A stretch of 64,000 nucleotides of DNA, from NCBI GenBank assembly GCA_017937845.1, contig JAGBCV010000016.1, positions 26,299-90,298 on the forward strand, written 5' to 3'. The DNA comes from Clostridia bacterium (GTDB lineage Bacteria; Bacillota; Clostridia; Oscillospirales; CAG-272). Position 1 is the stretch's first letter; every line of letters starts with the position of its first letter. The translations under genes and the position numbers were made by a program. The notes under the pieces are model-generated. The model was given only the letters and a program-made list of their open reading frames with translations. It was not told the origin of the DNA and ran no database searches. Shown here one piece after another: positions 9,937-20,324 of this stretch.

Positions 9937-11070
9937 ATGAAAGTAGATGGAATTATTTTCTCGAATATTCACGATCACAATATCTCGGAGCTTACCAGAA
10001 TCCGCACGCTCGCATCCGTTCCGTTCGGATGCCGTTACCGTCTGATCGACTTCCCGCTCTCCAATATGGTCAACTCCAACATCACGAATGTGAATATCAT
10101 CACCCATTACAATTACCATTCTCTGATGGACCATATCGGTACCGGTAAAGACTGGGATCTCGCTCGCCGCTCGGGCGGTGTGAAGATCCTCCCCCCCTAC
10201 ATCACGGGCTACGCAAACCCCACCAATACGCTTTACAACACCAGACTCGAAGCGCTCAAGAGCGTGAACTATTCGATCTCTCAGATGACCTCCGATTACG
10301 TCGTCATGTCCGACTGTAACGTCATTTGCAACATCGACCTCAACGATATGATCAAGGACCACGTCGACAGCGGCGCGGACGTCACCATGGCGGTCAAGCG
10401 TATGGAGCTCACTCCTGCTTTCGCAAAGGAAAACACACTCGTATTTTCCAGCCGTGAGGGCAGAATCACAGACCTTCTTCCGTATCCGACCAACTTCTTT
10501 GGCAGTGCGGACGTAAACCTTAACATCCTCGTTATCAACCGTCAGTATTTGCAGGAGATCACCCGCGACGCCGTTGCTCACGGCTACACCAGCATGACCC
10601 GCGACGTTTTCGTGAAGAACCTCCCGCACAGAAACTTCCGTACTTACAGATACGACGGTTACTTCGCTTGCATCTCTTCCTTCGAGGATTACTTCAAGCA
10701 CAATCTTCAGCTTATCGAAGATAAGGATATGTTCAATTCTCTCTTCAACGTGGAGGACAGACCGATCTTCACAAAGGTTCGTAACTCTGCTCCGACCTAT
10801 TACAGTGAGACCTCTAACGTGAAAAACTCCCTGATTGCGGACGGCTGTACCATCGAAGGTACGGTTGAAAACAGTATTCTCTTCCGCGGTGTCAAGGTTG
10901 GCAAGGGCGCTGTCGTTAAGAACAGCATCCTCTTCCAGGATACCATCATCGGCGAAAACGGTTCCGTAAACTACACCCTCTGCGATAAGAACGTTGTCAT
11001 TCGTGATAACGTCACGATCTCCGGACATACAACGCTTCCGCTTTATGTGGATAAGGGCAAGATGGTTTAA
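9937..11070 (+). CDS. glgD: glucose-1-phosphate adenylyltransferase subunit GlgD
   Basis: ASVPFGCRYRLIDFPLSN, GKDWDLAR; follows glgC. Confidence 0.93.
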   Translation: MKVDGIIFSNIHDHNISELTRIRTLASVPFGCRYRLIDFPLSNMVNSNITNVNIITHYNYHSLMDHIGTGKDWDLARRSGGVKILPPYITGYANPTNTLYNTRLEALKSVNYSISQMTSDYVVMSDCNVICNIDLNDMIKDHVDSGADVTMAVKRMELTPAFAKENTLVFSSREGRITDLLPYPTNFFGSADVNLNILVINRQYLQEITRDAVAHGYTSMTRDVFVKNLPHRNFRTYRYDGYFACISSFEDYFKHNLQLIEDKDMFNSLFNVEDRPIFTKVRNSAPTYYSETSNVKNSLIADGCTIEGTVENSILFRGVKVGKGAVVKNSILFQDTIIGENGSVNYTLCDKNVVIRDNVTISGHTTLPLYVDKGKMV

Positions 11071-11197
11071 GAAGATCTCAAAGCAAGGCTGGATGGCGGT
11101 TTGCCATTCAACCTTGCGTTTGTGTTGAGGACACAGATATCCTCACCAAAAATCCAATACGATTTTGTAAATATTCAGAAAGGAAAGGACATATACT

Positions 11198-12625
11198 ATG
11201 AAAAAGATTCTCTATGCAGGCGCAGAAGTCATGCCTTTTGCCGCAACAGGCGGACTTGGAGACGTGCTTGGTTCTCTCCCCGCAGCGGTAAAACGTAAAA
11301 ATCCCGATTGCGACGTTCGCGTTGTCATGCCCCTTTACGGACAGATCAAGGCGGAATGGCGCGATAAGATGACGTTTGTGAAATATTTGATGGTCCCGCT
11401 CGCTTGGCGCAGCCTTTACTGCGGTATCTTTTCTATCGAAAAGGACGGCGTGACCTTCTATTTCCTCGATAACGAATATTACTTCAAGAGAAACGCGCTT
11501 TATGGTAGCTACGACGATGCGGAACGTTTTGCATTCTTCTCCGTTGCCATTCTCGAAATGATGCGCGTGCTGAATTTCTATCCCGACGTTCTTCACGCCA
11601 ACGACTGGCAGACCGCGCTCACCGTGATCAAGCTGAAGCGCGCTTACGCAGAGCGTCCCGATTACAAGAACATCAAGGCTGTTTACACCATTCATAACAT
11701 TGAATATCAGGGCGTTTACAGCAAGGAGATCCTCGGTGACGTTTTTGACCTCCGCGGCGAAGACGCGAACATCGTGGATTACAACGGTGCGCTCAACCTC
11801 ACCAAGGGCGCTGTCGTTTGCGCGGACTACGTAACGACCGTAAGCCCGAATTACGCAAAGGAGATCCAGACGGAGACTTACTCCTGCGGTCTTCACCATA
11901 TTCTCCGCGAATATGCGTATAAGATCGACGGTATCGTAAACGGTATTGACTACGATTACTACAACCCGCAGGAAGACCCCGATATCCCCAACGCCTTCTA
12001 TTGGAGAGCGCTTTCCGGCAAGAAGAAGAACAAGGAAGCGCTTCAGAAGCAGTTCGGTCTTGACGTGAACCCCGACGTTCCCGTCATTGCCATGATCTCC
12101 AGAATGGCTTCCCACAAGGGCTTTGACCTCGTTCTCTCCATCTTCGACGAGCTCATGCAGGACGACGTTCAGTTCATCCTCCTTGGTACGGGCGAGCCTC
12201 AGTATGAAGCGTTCTTTGCGGAATCCGCAAAACGCTACCCCGGCAAGGCATCCATCAATCTTACATACAACCGTGCGCTTTCCAAGATCATCTACGCGGG
12301 CTCGGATATCTTCCTTATGCCCTCCAAGAGCGAGGCTTGCGGCCTTTCTCAGATGATCGCATCCCGTTACGGTTCCGTTCCGGTCGTTCGTGAAACAGGC
12401 GGTCTTTTCGACACCATCAAGCCTTACGGCGTTGACCGCAGCGGTAACGGTTTCACCTTTGCTTCGTATAATGCTCATGATATGCTCCATGTCATCCGCG
12501 AAGCAGAAACACTTTTCCGAGATAAGGATAATTGGAAGACTCTCGTGAAAAAGGTCATGCGCGTAGACTTCTCTTGGGATGGCTCCGCAGACAAATATAT
12601 CGCTTGCTACAACAAACTTCTGTAA
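11198..12625 (+). CDS. glgA: glycogen synthase
   Basis: TGGLGDV, HANDWQT, MPSKSEACGLSQM, TGGLFDT. Confidence 0.96.
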   Translation: MKKILYAGAEVMPFAATGGLGDVLGSLPAAVKRKNPDCDVRVVMPLYGQIKAEWRDKMTFVKYLMVPLAWRSLYCGIFSIEKDGVTFYFLDNEYYFKRNALYGSYDDAERFAFFSVAILEMMRVLNFYPDVLHANDWQTALTVIKLKRAYAERPDYKNIKAVYTIHNIEYQGVYSKEILGDVFDLRGEDANIVDYNGALNLTKGAVVCADYVTTVSPNYAKEIQTETYSCGLHHILREYAYKIDGIVNGIDYDYYNPQEDPDIPNAFYWRALSGKKKNKEALQKQFGLDVNPDVPVIAMISRMASHKGFDLVLSIFDELMQDDVQFILLGTGEPQYEAFFAESAKRYPGKASINLTYNRALSKIIYAGSDIFLMPSKSEACGLSQMIASRYGSVPVVRETGGLFDTIKPYGVDRSGNGFTFASYNAHDMLHVIREAETLFRDKDNWKTLVKKVMRVDFSWDGSADKYIACYNKLL

Positions 12626-12707
12626 GTCTATCCCGAGCGGGTAGGCACGAGTATGGTATGCAGGCGTATACCAATCTACTCATTCACAATCAAAAAGGAA
12701 ATTCAAA

Positions 12708-15152
12708 ATGGATCAGTTCACATACAACAGAAACTTTACTCATGAGGACGTAAAGGAAATTCTGGAGAGCAAGATTTCCAGATACTTTGGCGTCCGCCCC
12801 GAAGAAGCGACAAAAACTCAGATTTATAAAGCGGTCATCCTGACAGTCAAGGATATTTTGACAGAGAAACGTTCCGCTTTCCGCCGCTCCGCAAAGAAAC
12901 AGAGCGCAAAACGTGTATATTACATGTGCATGGAATTTTTGATCGGACCTTCTTTGAAAAATAACCTCCGCAACCTCGGTCTTGAAGATGCGTATGCCGA
13001 AGCCGTCAAAGAGCTTGGCTGCGATATCAACGACCTTTACGAAGCAGAACCCAATCCGGGTCTTGGCAACGGCGGTCTTGGCCGTCTTGCCGCTTGCTTC
13101 ATGGATTCCTTGACAACTCTCGATTACAACGCGACAGGCTTCTCCCTTTGCTACGAATACGGTCTTTTCAAGCAGAAGATCATCGAAGGCAACCAGGTAG
13201 AAATGCCCGATGTTTGGATCCCCGGCTCCGAAGGCTGGCTCGTTCCCCGTACCGATAAGACATTCTCCGTTCGTTTCGGCGGCAGAATCAACGAGGAATG
13301 GGATAACGGCAGCCTTAGAATCACACACGTCGATTACGACGAGGTGCAGGCGGTTCCTTACGATATCATGATCTCCGGTTACAGCTGCGAAGCGGTCAAC
13401 AACCTCCGCCTCTGGAAAGCACAGGATATCATGAACTTCAATATGAAGCTCTTTACACAGGGTCAGTATATGCGGGCGGTCGAGCAGAACACGAACGCGG
13501 AATCTCTTACCAAGCTTCTTTACCCCTCCGACGACCATATGGAAGGTAAGATCCTCCGTCTCAGCCAGCAGTATCTCCTCGTTTCCGCATCTTTGCAGAA
13601 CATCATTGCAGACCACCTCTCACAGTACGGCTCTCTTGCAAACTTCGGCGAAAAGAACTGCATCCACATCAACGATACACATCCTGCGCTTTGCATCCCC
13701 GAGCTTATGAGAATCTTTATGGATACTTACTCCTTCTCTTGGGAAGCTGCATGGGAAATGGTGACCAAGGTCGTTTCTTACACCAACCACACCGTTATGC
13801 CCGAGGCGCTCGAATGCTGGAACGAGGACCTCTTCCGTCTTCGTTTGCCCAGAATCCACAACATCGTTTGCGAGATCAACAGACGCTTCTGCGCTGACCT
13901 TTGGAACCTTTACCCCGGCGACTGGGATAGAATCTCCCGTATGTCCGTTATCGGTAACGGTCAGGTTCGTATGGCGAACCTCAGCGTTGTCGGCTCTCAT
14001 ACCGTCAACGGCGTGGCTAAGATCCACTCCGAAATCCTGAAAGAGACCATCTTCCACGATTTCTACAAGGCAGAGCCCGAAAAGTTCACGAACGTCACAA
14101 ACGGTATCGCTCACAGACGTTGGCTTTGCTACTCCAACCCCGAACTTGCGAAGCTCCTTGACGAAACCATCACACCCGCATACCGCAAGAACCCCGAAAC
14201 ACTTTCCGAGTTTGCAAAATACGCAACGGACGCGCAGGTCGTTGAAACCGTTCGCGCCATCAAGCATAATAATAAGGAAAGATTCGCAAAATGGCTCGAA
14301 AACCGCGCAGGTGTGAAGCTCGATACACACTCTATCTTTGATACGCAGGTCAAGCGTATCCACGAATACAAGCGTCAGCTCTTGAACGTTCTCAAGATCG
14401 TGGCTCTTTACGACGAGATCAAGACGAACCCGAACGCAGATATCGCGCCCCAGACCTTCATCTTCGGCGGTAAGGCTGCTTCCGGTTATTATATGGCAAA
14501 GGATATCATCCGCCTCATCTGGAACCTCGGCAAGGAGATCGAAAACGACCCCGTTGCCCGCGAAAAGATCCGCGTTGTCTTCCTCGAAGACTACAACGTA
14601 AGCACCGCTGAAATCCTCATGCCCGCGACCGATATCTCTGAGCAGATCTCTCTCGCAGGTAAGGAAGCGAGCGGTACGGGTTGCATGAAGTTCATGATCA
14701 ACGGCGCGATGACCATCGGTACGCTCGACGGCGCAAACGTCGAAATGGCTGCCGCTGTCGGCAAGGAAAACATCTATATCTTCGGTCTTACCGTAAAAGA
14801 AGTGGAAGACCTTTGGAAGAGCGGCTACTCTGCAACTTCCTATTATAATAGCAATGCGAAGCTCAAGGCGGTCATCGACCGTATCGCAAGAGGCTTCAAC
14901 GGTGAAAGCTTTGCGAATATCGCAAACTACTTCCTCACCGGTAATTACAGCGTGGCTGACCCCTATATGTGCCTTGCTGACTTTGACTCTTATTACAGAA
15001 CCTATCAGACCTGCATCGCAGATTACAAGGACCGCGCGGCTTGGACCTCCAGAGCAATCAAGAACATTGCAGCCGCAGGCTACTTTGCATCTGACCGCAG
15101 TATCCGTGAATATGCGGAAAATATTTGGAATCTTGAACAAGTAACGGAGTAA
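12708..15152 (+). CDS. glgP: glycogen phosphorylase
   Basis: GLGNGGLGRLAACF, KRIHEYKRQ, EASGTGCMKF. Confidence 0.97.
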   Translation: MDQFTYNRNFTHEDVKEILESKISRYFGVRPEEATKTQIYKAVILTVKDILTEKRSAFRRSAKKQSAKRVYYMCMEFLIGPSLKNNLRNLGLEDAYAEAVKELGCDINDLYEAEPNPGLGNGGLGRLAACFMDSLTTLDYNATGFSLCYEYGLFKQKIIEGNQVEMPDVWIPGSEGWLVPRTDKTFSVRFGGRINEEWDNGSLRITHVDYDEVQAVPYDIMISGYSCEAVNNLRLWKAQDIMNFNMKLFTQGQYMRAVEQNTNAESLTKLLYPSDDHMEGKILRLSQQYLLVSASLQNIIADHLSQYGSLANFGEKNCIHINDTHPALCIPELMRIFMDTYSFSWEAAWEMVTKVVSYTNHTVMPEALECWNEDLFRLRLPRIHNIVCEINRRFCADLWNLYPGDWDRISRMSVIGNGQVRMANLSVVGSHTVNGVAKIHSEILKETIFHDFYKAEPEKFTNVTNGIAHRRWLCYSNPELAKLLDETITPAYRKNPETLSEFAKYATDAQVVETVRAIKHNNKERFAKWLENRAGVKLDTHSIFDTQVKRIHEYKRQLLNVLKIVALYDEIKTNPNADIAPQTFIFGGKAASGYYMAKDIIRLIWNLGKEIENDPVAREKIRVVFLEDYNVSTAEILMPATDISEQISLAGKEASGTGCMKFMINGAMTIGTLDGANVEMAAAVGKENIYIFGLTVKEVEDLWKSGYSATSYYNSNAKLKAVIDRIARGFNGESFANIANYFLTGNYSVADPYMCLADFDSYYRTYQTCIADYKDRAAWTSRAIKNIAAAGYFASDRSIREYAENIWNLEQVTE

Positions 15153-15159
15153 GACCTTT

Positions 15160-17088
15160 ATGGCTGGATTTTCGCGATTCGGAGCCGCGTGCAAGCGGCT
15201 GGAAGAAAAATATTTGAACGGAACTTGCGTTACGGAGCGCAGTGCCTTTGAGTTCCGCGACTCTGTGGAGTTTGTGATTACGGTTCCGGACACGACAATC
15301 GGCGCAGTTATGGAAGTGGTTTCCGACGACACGGGGGAGGTCAAGCGCTTTCCCCTCGGTCGTCACGGCGAACGCTTTTCGGTTGTGATCCCCATGACGG
15401 CGATTTGCGACGGGGAGGGACACGGGCTTTATTATTATAAGTACCGTATCTTTACCGATATGGGATATTTCGATTTCTTGCACCGTGACGATTTTTCACA
15501 ATGCTGGGGCGCGTCGAGCAGTAAGCGCGGCGATTTTCAGCTTTTGGTCTATCAAAAGCGAGATAAGCTCCCGACGTGGTTATACGGCGGTATCTTCTAT
15601 CAGGTCTTTCCCGACCGTTTTTTCAGCGCGGGAAAGAATCCTGTCAAGGAAAACGCCATTCTGTGCAAGGATGCGGAAAAATTCCCGGATCTGATGCGTG
15701 TAAAGACAAACAACGATAAAAACAACTTGTTTTACGGCGGAGATCTGCAAGGCGTTGCGGCAAAGCTCGATTACCTTGCTTCTCTCGGCGTTTCCTGCCT
15801 GTATCTGAATCCGATCTTTGAATCGAATTCCAATCATAAGTACAATACCGCGGATTATTCCCGCATCGATGAGATGCTCGGCGGTGAGGAAGCCTTCAAA
15901 ACGCTCCTTGCTGAGGCAAAAAAGCGCGGTATGGCGGTGATTTTGGACGGCGTTTTCAATCATACGGGCAGCGACAGCATCTATTTTAATAAAAACGGAA
16001 ATTATCCTTGCGTCGGCGCGATGCAATCCGAAAAATCACGGTACTCCAAATGGTTTACGTTTTTTCATTATCCCGATTCCTATGAATCGTGGTGGGGCAT
16101 CGATACGCTTCCTCGTGTTCGCTCGGATGAAGCATCCTACCGCGAATTTCTCTTTGGCGAGAGAGGTATCGTGAGAAAATACACCCGTATGGGCATCGAC
16201 GGCTGGCGTCTTGACGTTGCCGACGAGCTTTCGGATGCGTTTCTTTCCGAGCTTTCCGCGGCCGTTTTGGAGGAGAATCCTCACGCGGTCGTCATCGGTG
16301 AGGTTTGGGAGGATGCGACGACGAAGGTTTCTTACGGCATCCGCAAAAAATATTTCCATGGCGGTGAGCTTGACGCAGTCATGAATTACCCCATGCAAAA
16401 GGCGATCATCAAGTATCTGACAAACGGCGATCATCGTTATTTTGCGCGGACGCTCGAATCCATCTACGGCAATTATCCGCCCGAGATGGCGAATGCGCTG
16501 ATGAATCTCCTCGGCACGCACGACACGGAGAGAATCCTCACGATGCTCGGCGATACGGAGGTCGCAAAGCTTCCGTATGAAAAGCGCGCGGGCTACCGTA
16601 TGCCTCCCGCGGCGCGCGCGAAGGCTGTAAAGCGTCTTCGTCTTGCCGTGGCGATCCAGATGTCCATTCCCGGCGTACCGAGCATCTACTACGGTGATGA
16701 AGCCGGACTTGAGGGATACAAGGATCCGTTTTGCCGTTTGCCCTATCCTTGGGGCAAGGAGGACACGGCGATCCTCGATTTTTATCGCGCCATCACCAAG
16801 GCGCGCCGCGAAGAAAAGATCTTTGCGGACGGTACGGTATCGTTTGTCTACGCGGATGCGGATATCCTCTGCTATGAACGTCGCAGACGCGGCGAGATGG
16901 TCGTGGTGCTGATCAACCGCGGTCATGATATTTACGAGTTTCACGCGGATTGCAAGGGAAAAGACCTTGTGAGCGGCGCGGAAAGCCGTGAATTTATGCT
17001 CGGCGCGGAGTCGTTTATTTGGATCAAGCTTCCCGACGGCGTGGATTATAACGTATTCGTTACCATTCAAAAGAATAAGATCAAATGA
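15160..17088 (+). CDS. GH13 neopullulanase/cyclomaltodextrinase-like glycosidase
   Basis: YQVFPDRF, LDGVFNH, GWRLDVADE, GEVWE, LGTHDTER. Confidence 0.9.
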   Translation: MAGFSRFGAACKRLEEKYLNGTCVTERSAFEFRDSVEFVITVPDTTIGAVMEVVSDDTGEVKRFPLGRHGERFSVVIPMTAICDGEGHGLYYYKYRIFTDMGYFDFLHRDDFSQCWGASSSKRGDFQLLVYQKRDKLPTWLYGGIFYQVFPDRFFSAGKNPVKENAILCKDAEKFPDLMRVKTNNDKNNLFYGGDLQGVAAKLDYLASLGVSCLYLNPIFESNSNHKYNTADYSRIDEMLGGEEAFKTLLAEAKKRGMAVILDGVFNHTGSDSIYFNKNGNYPCVGAMQSEKSRYSKWFTFFHYPDSYESWWGIDTLPRVRSDEASYREFLFGERGIVRKYTRMGIDGWRLDVADELSDAFLSELSAAVLEENPHAVVIGEVWEDATTKVSYGIRKKYFHGGELDAVMNYPMQKAIIKYLTNGDHRYFARTLESIYGNYPPEMANALMNLLGTHDTERILTMLGDTEVAKLPYEKRAGYRMPPAARAKAVKRLRLAVAIQMSIPGVPSIYYGDEAGLEGYKDPFCRLPYPWGKEDTAILDFYRAITKARREEKIFADGTVSFVYADADILCYERRRRGEMVVVLINRGHDIYEFHADCKGKDLVSGAESREFMLGAESFIWIKLPDGVDYNVFVTIQKNKIK

Positions 17089-17393
17089 AAAAACGATATA
17101 TCGTGATGATGGCGGTCGCGCTACTGTTTTCGTCCTGCGCGAGAAGCGATGATTTTATCATCGACCTCGGCGCGGAAACGGAGGCGGTTTCCCATGAGGA
17201 GAGCGGCATTTCCGTTATCATCAATAAACATTCGCAGACCTTTCACCTTGACGGGGATTGCTCGTATCTTTCACGCATGAAGGAAGAGAATCGTCTGGAG
17301 CTTTCGGTGGAGTCTGCGGAAATGCTTCTGCGATACGGATACCATCCGTGCAGCAGATGCGCCAAAACGACAGAACAAAACGTTTTACCATGA
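17085..17393 (+). CDS. small lipoprotein with Ada-like metal-binding motif
   Basis: Lipobox FSSC; FH...C and GYHPCSRC. Confidence 0.6.
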   Translation: MKKRYIVMMAVALLFSSCARSDDFIIDLGAETEAVSHEESGISVIINKHSQTFHLDGDCSYLSRMKEENRLELSVESAEMLLRYGYHPCSRCAKTTEQNVLP

Positions 17394-17420
17394 CTTTGTA
17401 ATCAGAAAGGAATGTTAAAC

Positions 17421-19646
17421 ATGATCAAAGAATTTACTTTCGGCGGTAAAAAGGTCCGCTTGACCGCTTACGCTGACCGCATTGTTCGCGTTCACGCAGG
17501 CGAAACGCTTACGGAATCTCTTTTTGACCGCTACAATCTTTTGCGTAAGCCCGATGAAACCGTGGGCGCTGACATCGAAAACGGTATCGCCGTTGACGGT
17601 CTTTCCGTAACCTTTGCTGATGGCGTCGTTACCTTTAAGACCGACCGCGTGACTCGTACCGTTGACCTTGCAACACCCGAAACGGAAGCGATCAAGGAAT
17701 ATTTCAATACCAAGCTTGGCGGTATGCGTCCTTCTCCGAAGCAGATCATCGGCGAAGATGCAAAACGCAGCTACGGCACTGTGGATTTCCAGAAAAATCC
17801 CAAGTATTTCACCGTTCGCGGTATTGAAGACGAGCGCTTCTACGGTCTTGGCGCGGCGAATACCGACCGCCTTGTTTTGAATGGCAAGACGTACCTTCAG
17901 CGTGTCGTATACCAGAGCAACGAAATGCCCGTTCCGTTCGTCATGACAAAGGCAGGCTACGGCATTCTCTGTAACTCTACGTGGTGGCACGGCGTTGACG
18001 TTTGCGCGAAGAACGCAGACGAGATCGTTTGGTATCTTCCCGACGGCGACGTGGACTTCTTCCTCTTTGCGGGCGATAGCCTTAGCGATCTTTTGGAACG
18101 CTTTACGTACATCACGGGCCGTCCCGCGCTTCTTCCGAAGTGGGCTCACGGTCTTGCATTCCTTGACCAGTACACCGCTGACCAGTACGAGGTGATGAGA
18201 AACGCGGCTGAGTTCCGCAAGCAGGGTCTTCCTTGCGACTCCATCAGTTTGGAACCCGGTTGGATGGAAAAACGCTACGACTTCTCTGTCAATAAGAAAT
18301 GGAGCAACGGTCCTCGCGGTAAGTTCCTCATCGAAGAATGGGCAAGAAGCAAGGAATACGGCAACGTCAACCCGAATTTCTTCACCGCGGCGCTCGAACG
18401 CTACGGCTTTAAGCTTCATCTCTGGCTCTGCTGTGAGCATGACTTCACCGCAGAAGAAGAACGCAGAATCGGTAACGAGGTCGCTCCCGAAATCCCCGAC
18501 TGGTTTGACCACCTCAAGGCGTTCATGAACGACGGCGCTTCCTCCTTCAAGCTCGACCCCTGTCACACCGTTGACAACGCCGACGAAGGCAGAATCTACG
18601 CAAACGGCAAGGGCGACCCCGAAATGCACAACCTCATTCAGACCATCTTCATGCGTGATATGGCGAGAGGTTCCTCCGAATACACGGGCAAACGTGCAAT
18701 GCACCACTACTGCGGCGGTTATACGGGTGCAGGTGCTTACTGTGCTTCCAATACGGGCGACAACGGCGGCGGTCTTTCCACCCTTGCTTGGACGCTCAGC
18801 TGCGGTATGTCCGGTATCTCCAACCTCACCTGCGATATGGATATCTTCAAGAAGGACGGTCTTCACTATTGCTTCTTCACCGCTTGGTGTCAGCTCAATA
18901 GCTGGTACGGCTTCTCCCATCCTTGGTGGGCAGGCGAAGAAATGGAACCCATCTTTGCGTTCTATGATAAGCTTCGTTACCGTTTGCTTCCTTATATATA
19001 TAGCACCGCGATCAAGGCAAACATGACGGGTATGCCCGTTTGCCGCGCAATGCCTCTTATCTGCGAAGATGAAGAGGTTCAGGACTCCATCTGCCAGTAT
19101 ATGTTCGGTGAGAACTTCCTCGTTGGCGCTTTCTCCGATGAGATCTATCTCCCCGCAGGCAGCACGTGGATCGATTACTGGACGGGTAAGGTCTACGCAG
19201 GCGGTCAGACGATGAAGGTCGATATCCCTGCAAACCGCGGCGGCTCTCTCTTCGTTCGCGGCGGCGCAATCATCCCGACCGACGAGCCCAAGCAGCATAC
19301 GACACCCGGCGATACCAAGCATATCATCCTTGAAATGTATCCGAGCGGCGCTTCCTACTACGATTTCTACGAGGACGACGGCGAAACGCTTGAATACAAG
19401 GACGGCAAGCGCGCACTCACCAGAATTTCCATGGTTGAGGGCGACGGTGTTTGCGATATCGGCATTACAGAGCGCGAAGGCGACTTCAAGGGTATCGGTG
19501 AACGTGTTTATACCGCTCGCGTATTCGCGGAAAAAGCGCCGAAGAGCGTTTCCGTTGCAGGCGCACCCGTTGAATTTGAATACGACGGTCAGTACGTAAC
19601 CTTTGAACTCGGAGATGAAAAAGAGGCTTCGATCGTTCTCGGTTGA
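17421..19646 (+). CDS. GH31 glycoside hydrolase
   Basis: TGRPALLPKWAHG, FKLD nucleophile region, TGD acid/base, LRYRLLPYIYS, QYMFG, FYEDDG. Confidence 0.88.
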   Translation: MIKEFTFGGKKVRLTAYADRIVRVHAGETLTESLFDRYNLLRKPDETVGADIENGIAVDGLSVTFADGVVTFKTDRVTRTVDLATPETEAIKEYFNTKLGGMRPSPKQIIGEDAKRSYGTVDFQKNPKYFTVRGIEDERFYGLGAANTDRLVLNGKTYLQRVVYQSNEMPVPFVMTKAGYGILCNSTWWHGVDVCAKNADEIVWYLPDGDVDFFLFAGDSLSDLLERFTYITGRPALLPKWAHGLAFLDQYTADQYEVMRNAAEFRKQGLPCDSISLEPGWMEKRYDFSVNKKWSNGPRGKFLIEEWARSKEYGNVNPNFFTAALERYGFKLHLWLCCEHDFTAEEERRIGNEVAPEIPDWFDHLKAFMNDGASSFKLDPCHTVDNADEGRIYANGKGDPEMHNLIQTIFMRDMARGSSEYTGKRAMHHYCGGYTGAGAYCASNTGDNGGGLSTLAWTLSCGMSGISNLTCDMDIFKKDGLHYCFFTAWCQLNSWYGFSHPWWAGEEMEPIFAFYDKLRYRLLPYIYSTAIKANMTGMPVCRAMPLICEDEEVQDSICQYMFGENFLVGAFSDEIYLPAGSTWIDYWTGKVYAGGQTMKVDIPANRGGSLFVRGGAIIPTDEPKQHTTPGDTKHIILEMYPSGASYYDFYEDDGETLEYKDGKRALTRISMVEGDGVCDIGITEREGDFKGIGERVYTARVFAEKAPKSVSVAGAPVEFEYDGQYVTFELGDEKEASIVLG

Positions 19647-19666
19647 TTTTTGAAAGGATAGGTAAC

Positions 19667-20302
19667 ATGATAGAGCTTACGAAAACCAGCGTTATGAATT
19701 TGGAAAACGCCATCCGCGGCGCACGAAATCCGATGAACAGCTGGGCGAAAAGCGACAGCGCGTATGACGAGGACGGAAATTACGTCCTCGGAGAAAACGA
19801 CGTCGGTCTTGGTATGCGTCTTTGCCGCGCGGGAAGCGACCACCGCAAATTTATCAGACAGATTTTCGTCAGTGTTGATATTTTGGCTCCGCTTTATTGG
19901 TGGAAGGAATTTGATACCTATAAGGTGGGGACGGTTGCCAATTCCACAAGTACGATGCACAAGATTCAAGCGAAATCTTTTTCCAGAGACGATTTTTCTC
20001 ATGACCATATGAGCAAGACAGCGCTTTGCTGTCTTGACTCGGTCATCGCGTGCCTGGAAGAACAAAGACAGCGTTTCCTTGAAACCAAGGATAAGGCTTA
20101 TTGGTATGATATGATCCAGCTTTTGCCCTCGAGCTACAACCAAATGAGAACGGTCACGCTCAATTATGAGGTTCTTACGAACATCTATTATGCAAGACGC
20201 TTTCATAAGCTCGATGAATGGCATACGCTTTGCGATTGGATCGAATCGCTTCCTTATGCAAAAGAATTTATTCTCTCTCTTGATGAAAAGGGCAGAGATT
20301 GA
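19667..20302 (+). CDS. ThyX-like (flavin-dependent thymidylate synthase-related) hypothetical protein
   Basis: AIRGARNPMNSW, HRKFIRQI, APLYWWKEFDTYKVGT..NSTSTMH, RRFHKLDEW; canonical RHR motif absent. Confidence 0.55.
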   Translation: MIELTKTSVMNLENAIRGARNPMNSWAKSDSAYDEDGNYVLGENDVGLGMRLCRAGSDHRKFIRQIFVSVDILAPLYWWKEFDTYKVGTVANSTSTMHKIQAKSFSRDDFSHDHMSKTALCCLDSVIACLEEQRQRFLETKDKAYWYDMIQLLPSSYNQMRTVTLNYEVLTNIYYARRFHKLDEWHTLCDWIESLPYAKEFILSLDEKGRD

Positions 20303-20324
20303 TTGCCAAGAAAGGTAAATCGAT

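Noticed and set aside
8719-17088. Absence of glgB from the glycogen cluster
   Set aside because: glgB is often elsewhere in Clostridia genomes, and this cannot be judged from one window.
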